The translations under genes and the position numbers were made by a program. The notes under the pieces were generated by a model. That model saw nothing but the letters and a program-made list of their open reading frames with translations, was not told the DNA's origin and searched no databases. From positions 1-58,653 of the forward strand of contig JAYWEM010000159.1 in the NCBI GenBank assembly GCA_043779265.1: a stretch of DNA of 58,653 bases. The letters are read 5' to 3'. Below are positions 51,006 to 58,653 of the stretch, piece by piece; position 1 is the first letter of the stretch, and every line of letters begins with the position of its first letter. Origin of the DNA: a bacterium (GTDB lineage: Bacteria > Eisenbacteria > RBG-16-71-46).

Positions 51006-51515
51006 ATGTCCCCCATCATCCGAACCCTCACAGCGCCCGACGCCGACGCATTTCGCGATCTGCGCCTGCGCGGGCTGCGCGAGGATCCCACTGCGTTCGC
51101 GGCGAGCTTCGACGAGGAGGGGGCGATTCCCGAGGGGCTCTTCGCCGAGCGGTTGGCGCCGAGCAGGGATCGACTGGTGCTCGGGGCGTTCGAGGGTGAC
51201 ACGCTGGTCGGAACGCTCGCGGTGATCCGGGAGTCCAAGCGCAAGCTGGCGCACAAGGCGTTCATCGTCGGCGTGTACGTGGCACCCGAGGCGCGCCAGC
51301 GCGGCGCTGCCCGCGCCATGATGGACGAGGCCATGCGGCACGCGTTCGAACGCATGGGCGTGCGGCAGATCAACCTCGCGGTCAATGCCGCGAACCCCGC
51401 CGCGATCGCGCTCTACACGGAGTGCGGATTCGAGCAGTTCGGGCTCGAGCGCGTCTGCATGCTGGTGGACGGCGCTCCCGTGGACGAGATTTACATGGTG
51501 TGCTTCCGCCGCTGA
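51006..51515 (+). CDS. GNAT acetyltransferase
   Basis: LRLRGL...P.AF, VYVAPEARQRG and N.AAIALY...GF. Confidence 0.88.
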   Translation: MSPIIRTLTAPDADAFRDLRLRGLREDPTAFAASFDEEGAIPEGLFAERLAPSRDRLVLGAFEGDTLVGTLAVIRESKRKLAHKAFIVGVYVAPEARQRGAARAMMDEAMRHAFERMGVRQINLAVNAANPAAIALYTECGFEQFGLERVCMLVDGAPVDEIYMVCFRR

Positions 51516-52433
51516 TCAGCGAGTCGCGGGTGCACTCGCCAGCGCATCCGGCAGCGCACGGTCGCTCACGGTCACGCCGACCTCGGTCGCGCCCAGCACG
51601 GTGTCCTCCACGACCACGCCGCGCAGCAGTTCGAGCGGCACCAGTTCGAAGAGCACGTTGCGCGGACGGACGCCCTTCGGGGCGGCCTCCCAGATCGCAT
51701 CGGGCGACTGCTCCGCGATCGCGAGGGCCTTGGTGCCGGCGGGGATGAATCGTCGCCTCGTGGCCAGCGCCCAACACGGCACCGAGTGCTCGCGTGCGGC
51801 GAGCGCACAGACGTAACTGCCGATCTTGTTGAGCACGCCCAGCTCGGTGACGGCATCGGCGCCGATCCACACCGCCTGCGCCTGCAGCAGCAGCATCGGC
51901 AGCGCGGCATCCGCGACCAGCCAGGATTCGATCCCCTCGGCTGCGAGCGATGCGGCGAACGCGCGGCCTTCGAGGCCGGGGCGGCTCTCGGCGACCAACG
52001 CGCGCGGCTTGCGGCCCGCCCGCTTCAGCTCGAGCAGCGCCTGGCGGACCAGGGAGGAATCCGACAGCGTCGCGATCCACGGCGAGTCTCCCGTCACGAG
52101 CTGCGTCGCCACGCGCGCCGTCGCCTCGTGCGAAGCTGCGAGGTCGAGGCGTTCGGCCGCCGTGCTGGCCGCCAGCTCACGCCGTGTATCGGCGGGGCTG
52201 TCGCCGCGCGACAGGCTCGACTCCGCCATGACGAGCGCACGAGCGGCGAGTTGATGGACGAGCGCCATCGTGGGCTGCGCGCTCTGGGCCTCGCGCAGCC
52301 AGGCGAGCAGGGCATGGCAGAGCGCCGGAGTCGTGGTCGAGCGATCCTCGCCGGCCCATCGCTCGAGCGAGTCGAGGAACGCGGCCGCGTTCTCGCTGGA
52401 GTCCGGGTGCCGATGGTCGGACAAGGTGCCCAC
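51516..52433 (-). CDS. eIF2B alpha/beta/delta (IF-2B) family protein
   Basis: QPTMA, TLSDSSLV, ESRPGLEG, D.A, IGADAV, NKIGS and RNVLFE. Confidence 0.82.
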   Translation of the reverse strand: MGTLSDHRHPDSSENAAAFLDSLERWAGEDRSTTTPALCHALLAWLREAQSAQPTMALVHQLAARALVMAESSLSRGDSPADTRRELAASTAAERLDLAASHEATARVATQLVTGDSPWIATLSDSSLVRQALLELKRAGRKPRALVAESRPGLEGRAFAASLAAEGIESWLVADAALPMLLLQAQAVWIGADAVTELGVLNKIGSYVCALAAREHSVPCWALATRRRFIPAGTKALAIAEQSPDAIWEAAPKGVRPRNVLFELVPLELLRGVVVEDTVLGATEVGVTVSDRALPDALASAPATR

Positions 52434-52434
52434 G

Positions 52435-53187
52435 CTACTTCTGGAACAACTGCTTCAGCCACACGATCGTGGTCTGACGCCCGAGTTCGCCGAAGGCCTC
52501 GGTGAGCGGGATCTCCTTGGGGCACACCTCGACGCAGTTCTGGGCATTGCCGCAGTCCACGAGGCCGCCGCGACCCATGATGGCCTCGAGGCGCTCCTTC
52601 GCGTTCATCTGACCGGTCGGATGAGCGTTGAACAACCGCACCTGCGCCAGTGGCGCCGGCCCGATGAAGTCGCTCTGGTCGTTGTACTGCGGGCACACCT
52701 CCATGCAGCAGCCGCAGGTCATGCAGCGCGAGAACGCGTAGCTGATCTCCTGCTGCTCGTTCGACTGCTTGGGGCCGACGCCCAGATCGTACGTGCCATC
52801 GATCGGCACCCATGCCTTGACGCGCTTCAGGGCATCGAACATCGGCGTGCGATCCACCTGGAGGTCGCGGACGACCGGGAACTTGGTGAGCGGAGCCAGC
52901 GTGATGACGTCGTCGGCGATCGGATCGATCAGGGCGGTGCACGACTGCCGGGGCTTGCCGTTCACCAGCATCGTGCACGAGCCGCACACTTCCTCGAGGC
53001 AGGACGACTCCCAGTTCACCGGTGTCGTCTTCTGGCCCTGGCGCGTGACCGGCTTCTTGCGGATCTCCATCAGGCAGGAGATCACGTTCATGTTGGGCTG
53101 ATAGGGGAGCGAGAACTCCTCCCAGCGATTCGACGCCGTGGGCGTGTCCTGACGCAGGATGCGCAGCTCGATGGTCGATCGGGCCAA
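52435..53187 (-). CDS. sdhB: Succinate dehydrogenase iron-sulfur subunit (Bacillus type)
   Basis: CLEEVCGSC, CMTCGCCMEVCP and CGNAQNCVEVCPK. TTG start after GGAGG. Confidence 0.95.
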   Translation of the reverse strand: MARSTIELRILRQDTPTASNRWEEFSLPYQPNMNVISCLMEIRKKPVTRQGQKTTPVNWESSCLEEVCGSCTMLVNGKPRQSCTALIDPIADDVITLAPLTKFPVVRDLQVDRTPMFDALKRVKAWVPIDGTYDLGVGPKQSNEQQEISYAFSRCMTCGCCMEVCPQYNDQSDFIGPAPLAQVRLFNAHPTGQMNAKERLEAIMGRGGLVDCGNAQNCVEVCPKEIPLTEAFGELGRQTTIVWLKQLFQK

Positions 53188-53197
53188 GGCGGGCCTC

Positions 53198-55012
53198 CTA
53201 GTCGTACTTGCGTTCGACGGGCGCGTAGAGCGAGACGTCGACGGGGTCGTAGTGGAATCGCGGGCCGTCCGGGCTGTACTCGGCGACGGTGGTCTTGAGC
53301 CAGTTGGCGTCATCGCGCTTGGGGAAGGCGGGCTTGTAGTGCGCGCCGCGGCTCTCGTCACGCGCCAGCGCCCCCAACGTCACGACGCGCGCCAGATGGA
53401 GCATGTTCCACAGCTGGTTCAAGAAGGAGAGCGGCGCATTGGCCCACTTGCCGTGATCGAGCACGCTCGCACGAGACCAGCGATCCATCAGCTCGAGGAT
53501 CTTGGCGTCGGTGGCGCGCAGTTTGTCGTTCTCGCGGACGATGGTGACGTTCGACAGCATCGTGCGACCGAGTTCGTCGTGCAGCTGGTAGGGATTCTCC
53601 TCGCCGTCGCGCTGCGACAGCGCCTCGAAGTGCTGCGTCCACTTGCGCTCGGCCGCCTCGAACACGGAACTGGGCGCCTCGCCCGCGGCCTTCGCCTGAT
53701 TCTCGGCGTACACCACCGCGGCGGGGCCGGCGATCTGACCGGCGTAGATGCACGAGAGGAGCGAGTTGGCGCCGAGGCGATTGGCACCGTGGTACTGGTA
53801 GTCCACCTCGCCGATGGCGTAGAGCCCGGGCACGTTGCTCATCTGATTGCGCGGGCTGCCCAGGTCGAGGAACCCATCGGCCGTGCGCTCGTAGTCCACC
53901 CACAACCCGCCCATCGAGTAGTGGACGGCCGGGTAGATCTTCATCGGAGTGTCGCGCGGATCATCGCCCGTGAACTTCTCGTAGATCTCGAGGATGCCGC
54001 CGAGCTTCTTGTCGAGCGTCTCGCGATCGACGTGGGTCAGGTCGAGATAGACGCTCATCTCGCCACCGATGCCGAGACCCATGTTGACCACGATGTCGTG
54101 GATCTCGCGGCTCGCGACATCACGCGGCACGAGGTTCTGGTACTTGGGATAGCGCTCCTCGAGGAAGTAGAAGCGCTCACCTTCGGGGATCTGTGCCGGG
54201 CCGCGGGCATCGCCCTTCTGGCGCGGCACCCAGACGCGACCGCCCTCGCCTCGCGCCGACTCGCTCATCAGGCGCAGCTTGTCAGCGCCCGGGATGGCCG
54301 TCGGGTGGATCTGGATGAACTCGCCGTTGCCGTAGTGCACTCCGTCCATGTAAGCGGCGGCGGCCGCGGATCCCGAGTTGATGATCGAGTTGGTGCTCTT
54401 GCCGAACAGCAGCCCCGGTCCGCCGGTGGCGAGCATCACCGCATCGGCGGCGAACGCCTTGGGCTTCATGGAGCGTTGCTCGAGCGCGACCAGGCCGACA
54501 CAGCGGCCGTCATCCTCCTTCACCAATCCGACGAACTCGTGGCTCTCGAACTTGCGCACGAGTCCAGAGGCCTCGTGGCGACGCACCTGTTCGTCGAGCG
54601 CGTAGAGCAACTGCTGGCCCGTGGTGGCGCCCGAGAACGCGGTGCGGTGGTGGAGCGTTCCGCCGAAGCGGCGGAAGTCGAGCAGCCCCTCGGCGGTGCG
54701 GTTGAACGGCACCCCCATGCGATCGAGCAGGTAGATGATCCCGGGTGCCGCGTAGCACATGCCCTTGACCGGGGCCTGGTTCGCGAGGAAGTCGCCGCCG
54801 CGGCAGGTGTCGGTGAAGTGGATGTGGGGGCTGTCGTTCTCGCCCTTCACATTCACCGCGCCGTTGATGCCGCCCTGCGCGCACACCGAGTGCGACCGCT
54901 TGACCGGCACGATCGAGAACAGGTCCACGGCCACACCCGCCTCGGCCACCTTGATGGCGGCCATCAGTCCGGCGAGTCCGCCGCCGACGATCGCGATGCG
55001 AGGCGCCGCCAT
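53198..55012 (-). CDS. sdhA: Succinate dehydrogenase flavoprotein subunit
   Basis: GGGLAG, RSHSVCAQGGIN, QIHPT, SESARGEGG, HYSMGGL, HGANRLGANSL and ESRGAH. Confidence 0.96.
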   Translation of the reverse strand: MAAPRIAIVGGGLAGLMAAIKVAEAGVAVDLFSIVPVKRSHSVCAQGGINGAVNVKGENDSPHIHFTDTCRGGDFLANQAPVKGMCYAAPGIIYLLDRMGVPFNRTAEGLLDFRRFGGTLHHRTAFSGATTGQQLLYALDEQVRRHEASGLVRKFESHEFVGLVKEDDGRCVGLVALEQRSMKPKAFAADAVMLATGGPGLLFGKSTNSIINSGSAAAAAYMDGVHYGNGEFIQIHPTAIPGADKLRLMSESARGEGGRVWVPRQKGDARGPAQIPEGERFYFLEERYPKYQNLVPRDVASREIHDIVVNMGLGIGGEMSVYLDLTHVDRETLDKKLGGILEIYEKFTGDDPRDTPMKIYPAVHYSMGGLWVDYERTADGFLDLGSPRNQMSNVPGLYAIGEVDYQYHGANRLGANSLLSCIYAGQIAGPAAVVYAENQAKAAGEAPSSVFEAAERKWTQHFEALSQRDGEENPYQLHDELGRTMLSNVTIVRENDKLRATDAKILELMDRWSRASVLDHGKWANAPLSFLNQLWNMLHLARVVTLGALARDESRGAHYKPAFPKRDDANWLKTTVAEYSPDGPRFHYDPVDVSLYAPVERKYD

Positions 55013-55704
55013 CAGTGCTGCCCTCCCTGGTAGACCACTTCCTGGTGCGGCTTGCTGTGCGGCTTCTGCATGAAGTCCAGACGCAGTCCGCGGAAGCCGA
55101 GGATCGACAGGAGCCCGATGATCGACACCGCGACGCCCACCGCGAGGCCGATGCGCGCGGCGACATCCTGGGCGCGGCGCCCGGTCGCGAGGCCCCAGTG
55201 GATCGAGAATCCGAACAGGCCGTTGCCGAGGTGGAAGCCGGTGGCGATCACGCCGACCACATAGAAGGCGAACACGCCCGGGTGGGCGAAGTGCTCGCTC
55301 ATGAACTGGTAGGCGCTCGCCGAGTTCAGGTAGTCCTGCGAGAAGCGCGTGGACCACGTGTGGTAGGCGATGAAGGCGAACAGCAGGATGCCGGAGGCCC
55401 GCTGGGCCACGTAGTTCCAGTTCTTCGGGTAACCGAAGTGCGCCAGGTTCGGCTTGCTCGTGCCCGCGATCAGCATGCCGAGAACGGCATGGAACAGGAT
55501 CGGCACCCAGATGGTGCCGGCCTCGATCAGCAGGATGAACGGGATGCTGGCCAGCTCCTGCGCCGCCTTGTCGAAGTGGGCGGGGCCCTGCAGCGACTTG
55601 GCGTTGGTGAAGAAGTGGACCAGGACGAAGCCCCCGATCGGGAGCACACCGCTCAGCGAGTGGAGCCGCTTGAGCGTGAAGTAGGTGCGGTCATCGACCT
55701 TCAT
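55012..55704 (-). CDS. sdhC: Succinate dehydrogenase cytochrome b558 subunit (five TM, Bacillus type)
   Basis: RLHSLSG..PIG, heme-ligand His residues, QRASG and HLGNGL...WG. Start 55704 (alternative GTG at 55716). Confidence 0.92.
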   Translation of the reverse strand: MKVDDRTYFTLKRLHSLSGVLPIGGFVLVHFFTNAKSLQGPAHFDKAAQELASIPFILLIEAGTIWVPILFHAVLGMLIAGTSKPNLAHFGYPKNWNYVAQRASGILLFAFIAYHTWSTRFSQDYLNSASAYQFMSEHFAHPGVFAFYVVGVIATGFHLGNGLFGFSIHWGLATGRRAQDVAARIGLAVGVAVSIIGLLSILGFRGLRLDFMQKPHSKPHQEVVYQGGQH

Positions 55705-55892
55705 GGCGACGGACACTCCTCACGGGGGGTATGCACGAGACTGAACCGGCGGACCATAGCGCAGCGCGCAGAAGGCCTCCAACCGGATTCTGGCACAAGG
55801 GGTTAGCCGTTTTCGCGTGTTTTGGCAGTCCATGGTCCGCATGTTACCGTGCCCGGCTGTCCCTCCATCCCGGATGGTGAGGTCCTTCATCC

Positions 55893-58556
55893 ATGACCAT
55901 TTCGCTCACCGAATCGATCCAGCACCAGCTCCTGCCACGCGTCTCCAAGCCCAATCGATATCTGGGCCACGCGCTCGGCGGTGCTCCCAAGCCGCTTGCG
56001 GCGGCTTCGGTGCGCGTCCTGATGGCCTTCCCGGACGCCTACGAGATCGGACTGAGCAACCTCGGGATCAAGATCCTCCACCACATCCTGAATCAGCGCG
56101 CGGACGCCGCCTGCGAGTTGGCGTTCGCTCCGTGGCCGGATGCCGAGAAGGAGATGCGGCGGCTCGCGATCCCGCTGTTCTCCAATGACTCGCACAGCGC
56201 GGCCTCCGAGTTCGACGTGATCGGGTTCTCGCTGCAGTACGAGCTGCAGTACACCAACGTGCTCAACATGCTCGACCTGGCGGGACTGCCGCTGCGGACG
56301 GTCAAGCGCGACGCGAAGCATCCGCTCATCATCGCCGGGGGAGCGCAGGCGTTCAGCCCCGAGCCGATGGCGGAGTTCATCGACGCGTTCGTGATCGGCG
56401 ACGGCGAGGAGGTCATCCACGCGGTGGTCGACCTCGCGCGCGATGCCAGAGCGGGGCAGTGGCCGCGGAGTCGCCTGCTGCGCCGACTCGCGCATGTCCC
56501 CGGCGTCTATGTGCCGAGCGGCTACACGACCGAGGTCAGCCGCGAGGGCTGGCAGCTGCCGAAGGCGCGGCCGGGCTATCCCGATCGCGTGTTCTCGACG
56601 TACGTGAAGGCGCTCGAGAAGTCGTACTACCCGCCGATGCCCTTGCTGCCGGTGGGCGAGATCACACATGACCGGCTCTCGGTCGAGGTGATGCGCGGCT
56701 GCACGCGCGGTTGCCGCTTCTGCCAGGCCGGGATGATCAATCGACCGGTGCGCGAGAAGCCGGCGCAGCAGGTGGTCGAGGAGGTGCTGGCGGGACTTCA
56801 GGGGACGGGGCTCGAGGAGGTGTCGCTCATCTCGCTCTCGACCACCGACCACACGCAGATCGTGGAGCAGGTCAACGCCCTGACCGACATGCTGTGCCCG
56901 ACGCGCGTCCAGCTGTCGCTCCCCTCGACGCGGCCCGACAACGTGCCGATCGACGTGGCGCAGCGCATGGCATCGCAGCGCAAGGGCAACATCACGCTGG
57001 CGCCCGAAGCGGGCAGCCAGCGCATGCGCGACGTGATCAACAAGAACCATACCGAGGAGGAGCTGTTGGCCTCGGTGCGGACGGCCGCCAAGAGCGGCTA
57101 CACGGGCGCCAAGCTCTACTTCATGTGCGGCCTGCCGGGTGAGAACGACGATGACATCCGCGCCATCCTCGACCTGGCGACGCGGGCGTGGGGTGTGGCG
57201 CGCGAAGTCGGCGCGCGCAACTTCAAGATCACCGTCAGCGTGTCGCCGCACATTCCCAAGCCGCACACGCCGTTCGCGTGGGCGGAGCAGGTGTCGACCG
57301 CGGAACTCAACCGCAAGCTCGGCGTGCTGCGTGTGGCGGCACGGGGCAAGCCCGTGACGCTCAAGTACCGCGACGCCGAGACCAGCCTGCTCGAGGGTGT
57401 GTTCACCCGCGGTGACCGCCGCCTCGGCTCGGTCATCGAGGACGCCTACCTTCGCGGATGCCGGTTCGATGCCTGGACCGAGCACCTGCGCTACGCCACT
57501 TGGCTCGACGTCTTCGCCGCCCACGGCATCGACCCCGAGCGATATCTGATCGAGCGCGATACGCAGCTCGACCAGCCGTGGGATGTGGTCCAGTCCCCGG
57601 TGACGCGCAAGTTCCTGATCCGCGAGAAGCTGCGAGCGGATCAGGCGGGTATCACCGACGACTGCCGCCTCGAGGACAAGTGCTTCGCGTGCGGCGTCGT
57701 CGACTGCAACCAGCGACCGTGGGTCAAGACGCCCCACGCGCCGCTCGACATCGATCAGGCAATGGCCTCGCTGCCGGCGCCCGTGTTCGGACGCCGCGCT
57801 CGTCGCGGCCCGTCCGCGACCGCGGGCGGCGTGGCCACCAGCACGCGGTTCCGGATCCAGTTCGAGAAGGGGAGCGCGCTTCGCTTCGTCTCGCACTTGG
57901 ATCTGATGCGGACCTGGGAACGGGCATTGCGCCGTTCCGGGCTGCCGCTCGCATTCACCCAGGGGCATCACCCGCACTTGAAGATGTCGTTCGGGCCGCC
58001 GTTGCCACTGGGATTCCGTTCGCGGGCCGAAGTGTTCGATCTGGAATTCCTGCGGCCGCCGGGTATCGACCTCCGTGAGAGGCTCGACGCCGTGGCACCG
58101 GAGGGACTGCAGGTCCTCGACTTCCGGCCCATCCTCTACAAGACCCCGTCACTCATGAGCCAGCTCGAGGGCGCGACGTATCGCGTCCGGTTCCCCCGTA
58201 CGTTCCTCGCGGAACGCGGATTGGAACCCGAGCAGCTGCGGAGCGACCTGCACGAGCGTGTCCGGGGGCTGTTGGCCCGGGACGTCGTGCTGGTGCGCCG
58301 TGTGAGTGAGGATCAGGTACGCGAGTTCGATGCACGGCCCTCCATCGTGAGTGCCCGTGTTCACGACGCAGAAGGCGCCCCGGAGTTGGAGCTGGTGGTG
58401 CGGTTCACCGTACGCGCTCAGGCCCGCCCCGATGACCTTCTCGCCGTGTTGTTCCCCGAGTCGGATCCCCGCACCGTCGATATCGAACGGACGGAGCTGT
58501 GGATCATGCACGGGGAGGAGCGGGTCGACCCGCTCACGGCACTGACACCTCGGTAG
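55893..58556 (+). CDS. TIGR03960-type radical SAM protein fused to a TIGR03936/DUF2344-type radical SAM-linked domain
   Basis: KPNRY, FPDAYEIGLSNLG, SLQYEL.YTN, CTRGCRFC, APEAGSQRMR..INK and PKPHTPF; C-terminal FVSHLD...RALRR.GLP...G..PH. Confidence 0.9.
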   Translation: MTISLTESIQHQLLPRVSKPNRYLGHALGGAPKPLAAASVRVLMAFPDAYEIGLSNLGIKILHHILNQRADAACELAFAPWPDAEKEMRRLAIPLFSNDSHSAASEFDVIGFSLQYELQYTNVLNMLDLAGLPLRTVKRDAKHPLIIAGGAQAFSPEPMAEFIDAFVIGDGEEVIHAVVDLARDARAGQWPRSRLLRRLAHVPGVYVPSGYTTEVSREGWQLPKARPGYPDRVFSTYVKALEKSYYPPMPLLPVGEITHDRLSVEVMRGCTRGCRFCQAGMINRPVREKPAQQVVEEVLAGLQGTGLEEVSLISLSTTDHTQIVEQVNALTDMLCPTRVQLSLPSTRPDNVPIDVAQRMASQRKGNITLAPEAGSQRMRDVINKNHTEEELLASVRTAAKSGYTGAKLYFMCGLPGENDDDIRAILDLATRAWGVAREVGARNFKITVSVSPHIPKPHTPFAWAEQVSTAELNRKLGVLRVAARGKPVTLKYRDAETSLLEGVFTRGDRRLGSVIEDAYLRGCRFDAWTEHLRYATWLDVFAAHGIDPERYLIERDTQLDQPWDVVQSPVTRKFLIREKLRADQAGITDDCRLEDKCFACGVVDCNQRPWVKTPHAPLDIDQAMASLPAPVFGRRARRGPSATAGGVATSTRFRIQFEKGSALRFVSHLDLMRTWERALRRSGLPLAFTQGHHPHLKMSFGPPLPLGFRSRAEVFDLEFLRPPGIDLRERLDAVAPEGLQVLDFRPILYKTPSLMSQLEGATYRVRFPRTFLAERGLEPEQLRSDLHERVRGLLARDVVLVRRVSEDQVREFDARPSIVSARVHDAEGAPELELVVRFTVRAQARPDDLLAVLFPESDPRTVDIERTELWIMHGEERVDPLTALTPR

Positions 58557-58588
58557 CCCCGGAACTCGCGCGTCCGAAAGGGACGCCC

Positions 58589-58653
58589 GTGAAGCAGCGC
58601 ATCATCATCAATGCGGACTCGTTCGAGACCCGCATCGCCATCCTCGAGAACGA
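58589..58653 (+). CDS. Rne/Rng family ribonuclease, N-terminus (truncated by window)
   Basis: MKQRIIINADSFETRIAILEN matches the RNase E/G N-terminal pattern IIIN...ETRIA. Confidence 0.75.
   Translation, partial: MKQRIIINADSFETRIAILEN

Noticed and set aside
55790..55810. TGGCAC upstream of the radical SAM gene as a sigma54 promoter
   Set aside because: The GC is not at GG-N10-GC spacing (TA occupies that position).

Overview
High-GC bacterial chromosomal segment of about 50 tightly packed genes, many coupled by ATGA/GTGA overlaps. I see no rRNA, tRNA, CRISPR array, prophage or IS element. Order: the 3' part of valS; a divergent envelope-glycosylation cluster (three GT-C-type membrane glycosyltransferases, WecB, a polyprenol-phosphate GT2, an FAD oxidoreductase, a NodB-type deacetylase); DUF4139; a Ser/Thr kinase-TPR; uvrB-nadC-birA-tatC-coaX-M28 peptidase-TolB-like; an orphan divergent GroEL; DCC and YgfZ; dapE-dapC-dapD; DUF1028, GNAT and GT2; rfbF plus two SDRs; gdhA; folB-folK-dNK-panB-panC-GlmU(N-half)-HIT-LytR_C-tatA; PpiD/SurA; a cytoplasmic PAS kinase with a sigma54 response regulator; uvrA; amphi-Trp; GNAT; an eIF2B-like gene behind Bacillus-type sdhCAB; a radical SAM fusion; and the start of rne/rng. 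The standout lies in the apparent gap at 47170-47640, which the ORF track misses. It holds three GTCCA-N7-GACA sites, a near-consensus sigma54 promoter, an 11-nt Shine-Dalgarno, a 22-aa ORF (MAAKKKAAKKKVTKKKAAKKKK) and a 16-bp hairpin. Together these suggest a two-component/sigma54-controlled, histone-H1-tail-like micropeptide. The second oddity is a groES-less GroEL paralog with one lysine in 528 residues. All calls come from motif recognition by eye; no database searches were run.
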